Assembly: GCA_963666315.2 (NCBI GenBank)
Contig: CAXXHG010000043.1
Span: forward strand, 512,001 to 576,000
Length of the DNA stretch: 64,000 nucleotides
Direction: 5' to 3'
Source: Candidatus Binatia bacterium
GTDB taxonomy: Bacteria > Desulfobacterota > Binatia > Bin18
The notes under the pieces: generated by a model
Databases searched by the model: none
What the model was told of the DNA's origin: nothing
The model's input: only the letters and a program-made list of their open reading frames with translations
Shown: piece after piece, positions 47,955 through 57,302 of the stretch
Layout of the letters: each line of letters opens with the position of its first letter
Position numbering within the stretch: the stretch's first letter is position 1
Translations under genes and position numbers: made by a program

Positions 47955-49887
47955 TCCGCTCTTCAATCGCGCGGAAGACGGCGTCGGTGCACCCTTCTAC
48001 AGTCTGATCGACTGTGGTCAGGCGTAAGGCCGGATTTTCAGGCTGCTCGTAGGGAGAAGAGATGCCGGTGAATTCCGGAATCTCACCCGCGCGCGCCTTT
48101 GCATACAGCCCCTTTACATCCCGCTCCTCACACACCTCAAGTGGCGTATCTACGTACACGTCAAAAAAGCGCTCGGGCCCAATGACCTCGGCTGCATTCT
48201 GACGATCAGCCAGAAACGGTGAGATGACCGGGACAAGCACGATCAGGCCGGCCTGATTAAACAGCTGGGCGATCTCGGCGATGCGCCGAATATTCTCGCG
48301 TCGGTCGTCTGTAGAAAACGCCAGATCACGGTTGAGGCCGAAGCGTACATTGTCTCCGTCGAGACGATAGACGTGAAAGCCTGCAGCATGCAGGCGCTGT
48401 TCGAGCTGCTCGGCAATCGACGATTTGCCGGAACCGGATAAGCCGGTCAGCCAGACGGTCAGCGCACGTTGACCGAGTGCACTCTCCCGATCCGTTACTG
48501 AAATAAGACCCGTCTCTTCACGAATATGGGCTGATTTCTGAGCATCGACTTGAACCGGCGCCATACGCTGCAGGACTTGCTCTGGCATCCGGTCCAAGAC
48601 CATACCGGCGCCAACCGTGTTGTTCGTCAGGCGATCAATCACAATGAACGCTCCGCAGGTCCGATTCTTCCGGTAGGGGTCGAACGCGACCGGTTTTTCC
48701 AACGTAAATGCACACCGCCCGATTTCATTCAGCGCGAGCTGGTCAGCGCTCTCTCGATGCAGCGTATTAATATTCATCCGATAGCGCACGTCGGTGATCA
48801 CCCCAGGCGCTTTGTTGGTCGTGTGTTTGATGAAGTATTGTTTGTCCAGCCGTAGCGGCTCTGCGGCCATCCACACCAGCATGGCTTCAAAACTCTTGGC
48901 TTCCATGGGCACATTGTTGGGATGGACCAGCATGTCGCCCCGACTGATATCGATTTCGTCCTCAAGGGTCAGGGTCACGGCCAGCGGGGGCATAGCCTGC
49001 GCAATCTCTCCTTCAAAGGTGTGAATTGCCTTGATCCGGCTCGTTTGGCGGGACGGAAAAACCATTACCTCGTCGCCTGGACGTACGATCCCGGAAGCCA
49101 CCGTCCCACAATAGCCCCGAAAATTGAGATTGGGTCGATTCACGTATTGGACCGGAAAACGAAAGTCGATCAGATTGACATCCGAGGCAATATAGACGTT
49201 CTCCAGCATATGCATGAGCGGACTGCCCTCATACCAGGGCATGTTTTCGCCGTGATGGACAACGTTGTCGCCTTTGAGCGCAGCCATGGGCAGGAAGTGT
49301 ACGTCACTGAGTTCAAGCTTGGCCGCAAAGGCGGCATAGTCTGCCACAATACGATCAAAGGTCTCTTGGCTGTAATCAACCAGATCCATCTTATTGACCG
49401 CAACGACAATATGTTTGATGCCTAACAAAGAGGCGATAAAGCTGTGGCGACGGGTCTGGGTCAGGACTCCCAGTCGGGCATCAATCAAGATGATGGCCAA
49501 GTCACACGTGGAGGCACCGGTCGCCATATTGCGCGTGTACTGCTCATGGCCCGGGGTATCGGCAATGATGAATTTGCGTTTGGCCGTCGAAAAATAGCGA
49601 TAGGCAACATCGATCGTAATCCCCTGCTCACGTTCGGCTTTCAGTCCGTCCGTTAATAGGGCGGGATCAAAGTCCATGTCTGTCGTGCCGTAGCGTACCG
49701 AGTCTTTTTTCATCGCCTCAAGCTGATCCTCATAGATCATCTTGGAGTCATATAGCAGGCGACCGATGAGCGTACTCTTGCCGTCATCCACACTGCCGCA
49801 GGTAAGAAAACGCAACAGGTCTTTGCGTTCATGTTGGGCCAGATAAGCTTCAATATCCGTCACGATTAAGTCAGATTTATGGGACAT
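47905..49887 (-). CDS. cysNC: Bifunctional sulfate adenylyltransferase subunit 1 / APS kinase
   Basis: [34 protein letters not shown]-terminal [27 protein letters not shown]. Confidence 0.96.
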   Translation of the reverse strand: MSHKSDLIVTDIEAYLAQHERKDLLRFLTCGSVDDGKSTLIGRLLYDSKMIYEDQLEAMKKDSVRYGTTDMDFDPALLTDGLKAEREQGITIDVAYRYFSTAKRKFIIADTPGHEQYTRNMATGASTCDLAIILIDARLGVLTQTRRHSFIASLLGIKHIVVAVNKMDLVDYSQETFDRIVADYAAFAAKLELSDVHFLPMAALKGDNVVHHGENMPWYEGSPLMHMLENVYIASDVNLIDFRFPVQYVNRPNLNFRGYCGTVASGIVRPGDEVMVFPSRQTSRIKAIHTFEGEIAQAMPPLAVTLTLEDEIDISRGDMLVHPNNVPMEAKSFEAMLVWMAAEPLRLDKQYFIKHTTNKAPGVITDVRYRMNINTLHRESADQLALNEIGRCAFTLEKPVAFDPYRKNRTCGAFIVIDRLTNNTVGAGMVLDRMPEQVLQRMAPVQVDAQKSAHIREETGLISVTDRESALGQRALTVWLTGLSGSGKSSIAEQLEQRLHAAGFHVYRLDGDNVRFGLNRDLAFSTDDRRENIRRIAEIAQLFNQAGLIVLVPVISPFLADRQNAAEVIGPERFFDVYVDTPLEVCEERDVKGLYAKARAGEIPEFTGISSPYEQPENPALRLTTVDQTVEGCTDAVFRAIEERIRPLRLRSGQASASSG

Positions 49888-49908
49888 ATTGCAATACCCA
49901 ATAGCGTT

Positions 49909-50865
49909 CTAGAAATAGCCTTCCTTTTTCTTCTCTTCCATCGAGCTGGACTGATCAAAATCGATCACGCGGCCCTGGCGTTCAGACTTGGTGGCTAAAA
50001 GCATCTCCTGGATAATCAGCGGCAGGGTGTCTGCCTCGGATTCAATCGCCCCGGTCAGCGGATAGCACCCGAGCGTACGGAAACGCACCTTCTTCATCTG
50101 CGGCCGTTCGCCGGGAAGGAACGGCAGGCGGTCATCGTCGACCAGAATAAGCACCCCATCCCGCTCCACAACCGGCCGTTTCTTGGCGAAATAGAGCCCT
50201 ACGATAGGAATGTTCTCTAGATAGACGTACTGCCAGACATCCAGTTCAGTCCAGTTCGACAGGGGAAAAACCCGAATGCTTTCTCCTTTGTCTACAGTCG
50301 CGTTGTATAAATTCCATAGTTCCGGGCGTTGGTTCTTCGGATCCCAGCGATGATTGCGATCTCGGAACGAATACACCCGTTCTTTGGCCCGGGATTTCTC
50401 CTCGTCACGCCGCGCCCCACCAAAGGCCGCATCAAACTCATATTTGTCGAGCGCTTGTTTGAGCGCTTGCGTCTTCATGACATCGGTATGCTTTTTTGAA
50501 CCGTGGCTAATAGGCCCGATTCCTGCTTTGACGCCGTCTTGGTTGATATACACGATGAGGTCGAACCCCAGCTCTTTTTTGACGTAATTGTCTCGAAACG
50601 TAATCATGTCCCGGAATTTCCAGGTCGTATCAATATGCATGAGCGGAAAAGGCGGCTTGCCTGGGGCAAACGCTTTACGGGCCAAATGCAACATGACGGC
50701 AGAGTCCTTGCCGATCGAATACAACATGACAGGATTGTCAAACTCGGCCGCAACTTCCCGAATGATGTATATGCTTTCTGCCTCAAGGCATTTTAAATGC
50801 GTGAGAGCATAGAGATTTTTTTTCCCCGAATTCTTTTCAAGCAAACTCTTTTCCGTCAAACTCAT
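49909..50865 (-). CDS. cysD: Sulfate adenylyltransferase subunit 2
   Basis: [53 protein letters not shown]. Confidence 0.96.
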   Translation of the reverse strand: MSLTEKSLLEKNSGKKNLYALTHLKCLEAESIYIIREVAAEFDNPVMLYSIGKDSAVMLHLARKAFAPGKPPFPLMHIDTTWKFRDMITFRDNYVKKELGFDLIVYINQDGVKAGIGPISHGSKKHTDVMKTQALKQALDKYEFDAAFGGARRDEEKSRAKERVYSFRDRNHRWDPKNQRPELWNLYNATVDKGESIRVFPLSNWTELDVWQYVYLENIPIVGLYFAKKRPVVERDGVLILVDDDRLPFLPGERPQMKKVRFRTLGCYPLTGAIESEADTLPLIIQEMLLATKSERQGRVIDFDQSSSMEEKKKEGYF

Positions 50866-50992
50866 TTCGGTATAACTCTCCAATTTCTCAGCTCCCTTCT
50901 CGACCAGACCGGACTGGATATTTTCATTATACGCAAACACAGAAATAAAACAGAGACACACAGACCACAGACTTATCCAGATTCTGCCAGAT

Positions 50993-51808
50993 TCATACTG
51001 GACGAGCCGAACCGGGCCGGCACAAGGAACACTGGGGGTCTTTCTCTACAATATGCTCAGTAAAATGAAAGGCTGGGAATGTACACTGCAGGAGTTTTGG
51101 TACGCTTTCTTGATCGGCGGCAACGATCACTTTGAGCGCTTCCGTCGTTTGCTGCGCCCCCATGAATAACGCCGGGGCAGCATCTGTTGACTCGGCTCCC
51201 CGAGCTGGCTCTGCATGGAGGAGATCAGGGACTGGGAAATCGGACGAAAGACAGCGTAGGCACGGCCAGTCCGGCTTGTCGCCCCGAAAGACGAATAGAT
51301 ATGCCTGTCCCGGCACGAGGTGCGCCCAAATGAACGGCTTCCGGGCCACATAACAGGCGTCGTGCAGGACCGCTGTGGCACTTAACACGAGGTCATAGTG
51401 TTGAACCAGCTGTTCCGGTCGTAGAGCGGCCTCTTCATCGTCCCCTCCGATGTGGGTGATAATGGTGCAATCAGGATTCAGGCGCGTGAGCGTCTTGATC
51501 CGCTCATCCTGCTCATTCTGGTCTGATTCACTCGCATCCTCAGCCAAAGCCGAAAAGACCGTGCGAGCTGTTCCAGAGGTACCAGAGGTGACAGATGTAC
51601 GAGATGTATTAGATGTGACAGATTGCGGGCGGATAATGCCGATAGTCCCAACCCCGGCCGCTGCAAGATACAGGAGAGCGGTTGCCTCCAGCAGCCCGTC
51701 AGTGTGGACGAGAACTCGGCTGCGTAGGATTTTTTCCTGCCCTTTTCCCCCACACTGGGGCAAGATGATCTGTCGGCTATAGCGTTCGATCTGGGCGTCA
51801 GAGAGCAT
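50993..51808 (-). CDS. MoeB/ThiF-family protein with degenerate nucleotide-binding site (pseudo-E1)
   Basis: Keeps [26 protein letters not shown] and CSLC; lacks GxGxxG (HTDGLL), SNLxRQ and DxxD. Confidence 0.85.
   Translation of the reverse strand: MLSDAQIERYSRQIILPQCGGKGQEKILRSRVLVHTDGLLEATALLYLAAAGVGTIGIIRPQSVTSNTSRTSVTSGTSGTARTVFSALAEDASESDQNEQDERIKTLTRLNPDCTIITHIGGDDEEAALRPEQLVQHYDLVLSATAVLHDACYVARKPFIWAHLVPGQAYLFVFRGDKPDWPCLRCLSSDFPVPDLLHAEPARGAESTDAAPALFMGAQQTTEALKVIVAADQESVPKLLQCTFPAFHFTEHIVEKDPQCSLCRPGSARPV
51571..51624. repeat. In-frame 9-bp tandem repeat within the pseudo-E1 gene
   Basis: ccagaggta ccagaggtg acagatgta cgagatgta ttagatgtg acagatt; encodes [18 protein letters not shown]. 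Confidence 0.7.
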
Positions 51809-51811
51809 AGA

Positions 51812-52048
51812 CTATTCGATGACGTTCTTTTCGATCGGCTCGACGGTGACACCTTTTTCTCGCAGCCAGGCTACGGCTTGGTCGATATCCGCCTGCTTCC
51901 CTTCGACTTCCAGTGCGACCAGTCCCATCTCGCCGGAAACATTCGCCCCGCGGATATTCGTCACCAGATGAAACTGCTGCCCAACGAGGTAAATAAGGGG
52001 CTCTTTGATAAGCGCTGTGGGGTACGTCAAATAGAATTTCTCAGTCAT
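51812..52048 (-). CDS. Stand-alone NIL-domain protein
   Basis: LTYP...EPLIY...FHLVTNIRGANV...GLVALEVEG...AVAWLREKGVTVE. Confidence 0.85.
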   Translation of the reverse strand: MTEKFYLTYPTALIKEPLIYLVGQQFHLVTNIRGANVSGEMGLVALEVEGKQADIDQAVAWLREKGVTVEPIEKNVIE

Positions 52049-53049
52049 GCCATTCCCCGTGCCTCAGCGTCTGCCCGGCGGAGATCAAAATCTTTCCAGC
52101 CAACCCACAGATTCGTGCTGAGGTATTTATCTCCAAAATCAGGGAAGAGCGTCACCACCATGCCGGCATCGATTTCACGTGCAATCTTCAGCGCCGTCCA
52201 CATCGCAGCACCGGAAGACTGACCCACTAAGAGACCCTCTTCCCGGACGAGTCGATACACAGTCTCATACGCATCCTCGGTCGAAACACTGATCTTGTCG
52301 TCAAGCTGCTCTTCGTGGTAAATGCCGGGCACGATAGAGCTGGCCATGTGCTTGAGTCCTTCCAAGCCGTGCAACGCATCATCCGGCTCCACGCCGACAA
52401 TCTGGACGTCGGGATTGTGCTCCTTGAGATACCGACCGGTCCCCATCAGCGTCCCGCCGGTGCCCATGCCCGCCACAAAGTGCGAGATTTTTTCCTGTGT
52501 TTGCCACCACAGCTCTGGGCCGGTCGTCTCGTAGTGGGCGAGAGAATTGGCCGGATTAAAGTATTGATCGGGTTTGAAATAACGCTCCGGATTTTCGTGT
52601 AACACCGCACGACACTGTTCGAGAGCGCCGTCCGAACCCTCCATAGGGTCACTGAAAATCATCGTAGCACCATACGCGGCAATCATTTTCTTGCGCTCGA
52701 TGCTGACGTTGGCTGGGATGACCAGCGTGACAGGATATTGGAGCACTGCCCCAACCATAGCCAAGGAAATGCCGGTGTTACCGGAGGTCGAGTCTAGAAT
52801 GACCTTGCCCGGCGTCAACGCTCCGGTCTCAATTCCCTCCTGGACCATGCGTAGCGCGGGTCGATCTTTGACCGAACCACCGGGATTAAAGCCTTCGAGC
52901 TTGGCAAAGATACTCACGCGCGGAGAGATGCCCGTGGTAATCCGGGTAATCTCTAAAAGCGGCGTATCTCCAATCAAATGAAGGACAGACGGGACCCGCA
53001 GCAGTCCGGACTGGGGCGGCCCCTCGGAACGTCCAGGCAAAAGGGACAC
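52045..53049 (-). CDS. cysM: PLP-dependent cysteine synthase B family
   Basis: AKLEGFNPGGSVKDR, STSGNTG, GMGTGGT, GQSSG, FPDFGDKYLS. Confidence 0.88.
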   Translation of the reverse strand: MSLLPGRSEGPPQSGLLRVPSVLHLIGDTPLLEITRITTGISPRVSIFAKLEGFNPGGSVKDRPALRMVQEGIETGALTPGKVILDSTSGNTGISLAMVGAVLQYPVTLVIPANVSIERKKMIAAYGATMIFSDPMEGSDGALEQCRAVLHENPERYFKPDQYFNPANSLAHYETTGPELWWQTQEKISHFVAGMGTGGTLMGTGRYLKEHNPDVQIVGVEPDDALHGLEGLKHMASSIVPGIYHEEQLDDKISVSTEDAYETVYRLVREEGLLVGQSSGAAMWTALKIAREIDAGMVVTLFPDFGDKYLSTNLWVGWKDFDLRRADAEARGMA

Positions 53050-53052
53050 TTC

Positions 53053-53328
53053 TCACCCTCCGGCAATGGCAGGCACAACGGACACTTCGTCTCCGTCTTT
53101 AACTGGAGTCTCGAGATTATTGAGAAAACGAATGTCTTCGCCATTGACAAAAATGTTGACAAAGCGGCGCACCTGTCCCTCCTCATCACACAGCCGCTCC
53201 TTCGTACCGGGATGGTGACTTTCCATATCATCAATTAGCACCCCAACCGTGGCTCCATCGGCCGAGACCACTGCCTCACCGCCGGTCAAGCGACGCAGTG
53301 GAGTTGGGATACGTACCTGAACACTCAT
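53053..53328 (-). CDS. MoaD/ThiS/CysO-family ubiquitin-like sulfur carrier
   Basis: VRIPTPLRRLTGG, RRFVNIFVNGEDIRFL, free C-terminal PAIAGG; GAGGAGG RBS. Confidence 0.93.
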   Translation of the reverse strand: MSVQVRIPTPLRRLTGGEAVVSADGATVGVLIDDMESHHPGTKERLCDEEGQVRRFVNIFVNGEDIRFLNNLETPVKDGDEVSVVPAIAGG

Positions 53329-53404
53329 ATGAATTACCTCCTCGTTCGGGTTCACTATTGCGAGTCCACTGTTGCGGTTTTGGTGTGGTCTGACAATCAC
53401 CCTG

Positions 53405-54688
53405 TTAATGCAGCTCTTCCGGATTTACCTTCAGCTGTTCGCCTTTCTGCTCGGATGACAGAGAGGCATACAACTGATCAAAGTCGGCTAATCGGGCCTC
53501 GATAAGCAACGGCTGCCGCACCTGATCCAGCACGGCCTCAATAGTTTTATACCCATTGCCCGTAATACAAATCACAATGGACTCATCCCGAGGAATGCGG
53601 CCTTGCTCAATAAGTTTTTTCGTCACGGCAACAGTCGTACCGCCAGCCGGTTCCGTAAAAATTCCCTCAGTCTGGGCAAGCAGTTGGATGCCTTCGATGA
53701 TCTCGGCGTCCGTCGCCGCTTCTCCCCAGCCACCTGAGTCACGCACGGCGCGCAGAACGTAATATCCATCGGCGGGGTTGCCTATCGCAATCGACTTGGC
53801 AATCGTCTTGGGCTTCACCGGGACAATCAGGTCGGTCTCATTGTGCAAGGCCTGTATAACCGGCGCACATCCTGCGGCCTGGGCGGTATAAATTTTCGGC
53901 CGCGGACCACTCTCCATCAATCCAACCTGCTGGAGTTCTTCAAAGGCTTGGGCGACTTTGGGCAGAATCGTGCCACCCGCGGTGGGAACAACGACATGCT
54001 GGGGAAACCGCCAGTCCAGCTGTTCAACAATTTCAAACCCGTAGGTCTTCGCGCCTTCCGTGTAATACGGCCGGAGATTGATATTGGCAAACGCCCAGCC
54101 ATATTTGTCAGCGATCTCGCTGCACAAACGGTTGACATCGTCGTAGTTTCCCCGGATCGCAACCGTACACGGACCATAGATCGTTGTGCCTACAACTTTT
54201 CCTTGTTCGAGATCGGCCGGAATAAAGATGAAACAGCGCAGTCCGGCGCGCGCCGCATGGGCCGAGACCGAGTTGGCTAAATTCCCGGTGGAAGCACAGG
54301 AGACGGTCTCAAAGCCAAACTCGATAGCCTTTGAAATCGCAATCGAGACGACCCGGTCCTTATAGGAAAAGGTAGGATGATTGACCGAATCGTCCTTCAC
54401 ATAGAGTTCTTTTACCCCTAAATGGGCAGCCAGACGATCTGCTTTGACGAGCGGAGTAAAGCCACTATGGAGGCCGACCTGCGGCTCTCCAGCGACCGGG
54501 AGTAGTTCTCGATAACGCCACAGCGAGGCGGGGCGCGAGGCGATAATCTCTCGCGAGAGCTGCTGCCGAATACTGGCGTAGTCATATTGAACCTCGAGCG
54601 GTCCAAAACACATCTCACAGACGTGGAGCGGGCTCAGGGGGTAGGCGTGTCCACACTCGCGGCAGGTCAGACCGGTAATTGTGTCCAT
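53405..54688 (-). CDS. thrC: Threonine synthase-like PLP enzyme (possibly O-phosphohomoserine sulfhydrylase)
   Basis: N-terminal CREC...CEMCFGPL Zn finger, NHPTFSYKDR, CASTGNLANS, EGAKT, EGIFTEPAGG. Confidence 0.85.
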   Translation of the reverse strand: MDTITGLTCRECGHAYPLSPLHVCEMCFGPLEVQYDYASIRQQLSREIIASRPASLWRYRELLPVAGEPQVGLHSGFTPLVKADRLAAHLGVKELYVKDDSVNHPTFSYKDRVVSIAISKAIEFGFETVSCASTGNLANSVSAHAARAGLRCFIFIPADLEQGKVVGTTIYGPCTVAIRGNYDDVNRLCSEIADKYGWAFANINLRPYYTEGAKTYGFEIVEQLDWRFPQHVVVPTAGGTILPKVAQAFEELQQVGLMESGPRPKIYTAQAAGCAPVIQALHNETDLIVPVKPKTIAKSIAIGNPADGYYVLRAVRDSGGWGEAATDAEIIEGIQLLAQTEGIFTEPAGGTTVAVTKKLIEQGRIPRDESIVICITGNGYKTIEAVLDQVRQPLLIEARLADFDQLYASLSSEQKGEQLKVNPEELH

Positions 54689-54717
54689 TTCGTATTCCTC
54701 TCGTATCTCATCATTGC

Positions 54718-55479
54718 TTATTGTCCCGCGACAGCCATTGCTTGTCGCGCCTGTGGCTGCAGAGTCGTAATAGTCGGCCTCGTTCCGCACAGGGGACAGC
54801 GGGGGCTGCGGCGGACGCGTACCTCTCGCCAGCGCAACGCCAATGCGTCATATGTCAAAAGGCGGTCGGTGAGGAGTTCCTCTCCCCCGCGTAAATATTT
54901 TACTGCTTCATTGGCCTGCACTATACCCAGGCTGCCCGCTACGCTGCCGAGGATGCCTGCTTCTTGACAGGTTGGAATTTCATCCGGATCAGGTGGGACT
55001 GGAAAAAGGCAGCGTAAGCAGGTCGTGCGCTCGGGTAAGACGGTTAATGTCTGCCCATGGAATTGTACGATCCCGGCATACGAAAACGGCTTTTTCAGCA
55101 GTACTGCTCCATCATTAATAAGAAACTTCGTTTCTAGGCCATCCGTCCCGTCGATGATAAAATCATACTCAGCGAAAAGGCCGGCCAAATTATTCGCGCT
55201 CAAACGCTGTACATAAGGAACCACAGTGATTGCAGCATTCATACGCTGCAGTTTCTCTTGAGCGGAGCGCACCTTGGGTCGGCCAAGATCGGGAGTAAAG
55301 TGTAAGATCTGGCGTTGCAGGTTCGACAGTTCAACCGTGCCCGGGTCTACTAAACCTATTGTCCCAACGCCGGCCAAGGCCAGTGCGAGCGCGGCGGGAG
55401 AACCAAGCCCACCAACACCAACGACTAAGACCTTGCCGTCCCGAACGCGAGCGTGCCTAGCGCGTTCGACCCTTTCCAT
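54718..55479 (-). CDS. MoeB/ThiF-family adenylyltransferase (E1-like) with shortened N-terminus
   Basis: VLVVGVGGLG, VELSNLQRQ, GRPK, DGTD, CLRC, PTCQEAG, CPLC; AAGGA RBS; in-frame TAG 10 codons upstream. Confidence 0.9.
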   Translation of the reverse strand: MERVERARHARVRDGKVLVVGVGGLGSPAALALALAGVGTIGLVDPGTVELSNLQRQILHFTPDLGRPKVRSAQEKLQRMNAAITVVPYVQRLSANNLAGLFAEYDFIIDGTDGLETKFLINDGAVLLKKPFSYAGIVQFHGQTLTVLPERTTCLRCLFPVPPDPDEIPTCQEAGILGSVAGSLGIVQANEAVKYLRGGEELLTDRLLTYDALALRWREVRVRRSPRCPLCGTRPTITTLQPQARQAMAVAGQ

Positions 55480-55521
55480 ACCAGATCCTTTCGTGGCTGG
55501 TCGTGACTAACGGCGGAAAGC

Positions 55522-55550
55522 AAAAAGCCCCTTCCCGATAAGAAAGAGGC
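55522..55550 (-). terminator. Intrinsic terminator (riboswitch expression platform)
   Basis: GCCTCTTTCT-TATC-GGGAAGGGGC-TTTTT; contains CTTATC complementary to the P1 3' strand GATAAG (antiterminator). Confidence 0.8.
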
Positions 55551-55570
55551 TGATGAACTCAGATCACTCT

Positions 55571-55688
55571 CCTTATCTCTCCCTCTCATGTGAGGGTGGG
55601 AATTAGCACCATATTTGTCTCTTCTTGGGAAGGGACAAAAGGTTGCTGTGGCGTCACTGGGCCAGTCCCTCAGCCACTCTCGATAAGG
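55571..55688 (-). promoter_or_regulatory. SAM-I (S-box) riboswitch
   Basis: CCTTATCGAGAGTGGCTGAGGGACTGGCCCAGTGACGCCACAGCAACC...ATGGTGCTAATTCC...AGATAAGG matches the S-box consensus; P1 CCTTATC/GATAAGG. Confidence 0.95.
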
Positions 55689-55742
55689 TTCTATATATCG
55701 CCTGAATAGTCCTGTGTATTCCTCCACATAGGAATTTCTGTG

Positions 55743-55771
55743 AAGCTACCGAATACTCCCTAAGGTGTCAA
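55743..55771 (-). promoter_or_regulatory. Sigma70 promoter of the riboswitch operon
   Basis: TTGACA-17 bp-TAGCTT on the minus strand, about 55 bp upstream of the S-box. Confidence 0.7.
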
Positions 55772-55807
55772 TATATCTTTGTTATTCCGGCTACTCTGAC
55801 ATGAAGG

Positions 55808-57241
55808 CTATTCGTCCTCGAACTCGAAGTCGATGCTATCAATATCGATGTCAAGAACTGCGTCCCGCGCCGCTCTAATTTCAGCGCCGCGCTCTATCTT
55901 TATCCGGACAACGGAAGCATCTGTATCTACGGGAACAATCTCATCAACTGCCGCCATTTCCTCACGAGCTCCTTCGCGAGGGCCAGCATCATCCAGGGAT
56001 TCAACCGTTGCGCTCACTTCACGTCCTTCTTCCAGAGTCTCAGCCAGCTCCCTAGCGGTTTCAGGCTCTGGGACGACGCTGTCTGTCGTATTTGAGTCTG
56101 CACCGTCTTCTTCAGCGCTCAGAACGCCGGCTGCTTCGAGTGCTGCGACGTCCCCGTCAAGTTCGAAGTCCTCATCGTCCACCGTTAATTCCTCTTCCAG
56201 GTCGGCGGCAAAGCCAGTATCAAGTTCCAGCGCGTCGCTGTCACTCATCTCAAATTCATCACTATCCTCACCATCCTCGTCGCGCTCAATCTCTTCCCGA
56301 TAGTCCTCATCGACTTCGAATGATCTTTCTTCGTCTTCAAATTCCGCATCTAACGCCCGCTCTTCTTGTTCAGCCGCTTTCTCTGCAGCAAACTTCTCCG
56401 TATCTGCCTCAGTACGTGCGAGGCGTGCCGCGTCTTCCTGTTTTTTCAATTCAGAAACAAGTAGCAGTAAAGGGTCGACTCCGGACACCAGGAGTCCACC
56501 CAATTCCGATGCTGCGGCGTCCGGCTCGTCAGCCTGTGGTTCATCACCTGCTGCCTGGCGCGCGGCTTGCGCTCGTACGGCCAGGTCAGCCAGATCGACA
56601 TGTCCTTCGTGATTGAGAATTCTTCCGAGTCGGCCTAAAGCGTCAACAGCTGCGTCCGTCTCGGAATACCGCTCAACAAGGGTCCGGAGTCGTGCCTTGG
56701 TGGCCACTTTATTCCCCAGCTTTTCGTTAAAATCCGCGACATACAGTTCATGATTGGCCATGACATCGCGCGCGGCTTTGCTCTTTTCTTCCGCTTGCAG
56801 GACAAAAGCGCTGTCCGGATAGCGGTCTATCACTTGTTGGAAGAATCCGTCCGCCTTGCGCGTGACCGCCTGATCACGATCCGGGGTACGGATCTGCTCA
56901 TAGTTCGCCATGCCGAGAAAATACTTCACAAACGGCATGTGCTGACTGGTTGGAAAGGCGCGTTCAAAGTCTCGGAGTGTGGTTATGGCCTCAGCGTAAT
57001 TTTCTTCAAGGAAGTGTCCATAGGCCGCTTTGAGCTCGGCTTCCTCAGCGTAGGGATTCAGCGGGTACTGCTCGAGCAGTTCCTGGTACTTCTCGGAGGC
57101 GAGCAAATAATCCTCGTCTTCAAAGGCCTCGGCTGCCTCTTGATAATACTCTTTTGCTGAGGGTCGTTTGAGAGTCGCCGAGCACCCAACAACACCCACC
57201 AAAACGATGCTCAGGAGAAAGACCCCAATTCGTTCAGACAT
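55808..57241 (-). CDS. bamD: Outer-membrane assembly lipoprotein BamD with long acidic C-terminal extension
   Basis: Lipobox VVGC; TPR pattern LLEQYPLNPYAEEAEL, PDRDQAVT, VIDRYPDS, MANHELYVADF. Confidence 0.87.
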   Translation of the reverse strand: MSERIGVFLLSIVLVGVVGCSATLKRPSAKEYYQEAAEAFEDEDYLLASEKYQELLEQYPLNPYAEEAELKAAYGHFLEENYAEAITTLRDFERAFPTSQHMPFVKYFLGMANYEQIRTPDRDQAVTRKADGFFQQVIDRYPDSAFVLQAEEKSKAARDVMANHELYVADFNEKLGNKVATKARLRTLVERYSETDAAVDALGRLGRILNHEGHVDLADLAVRAQAARQAAGDEPQADEPDAAASELGGLLVSGVDPLLLLVSELKKQEDAARLARTEADTEKFAAEKAAEQEERALDAEFEDEERSFEVDEDYREEIERDEDGEDSDEFEMSDSDALELDTGFAADLEEELTVDDEDFELDGDVAALEAAGVLSAEEDGADSNTTDSVVPEPETARELAETLEEGREVSATVESLDDAGPREGAREEMAAVDEIVPVDTDASVVRIKIERGAEIRAARDAVLDIDIDSIDFEFEDE

Positions 57242-57302
57242 AGCCCTGCACGCTAGAGGATTTCCCCCAGGGTTTCAATGTACCCAACCGCCCTGGGGTT
57301 CT

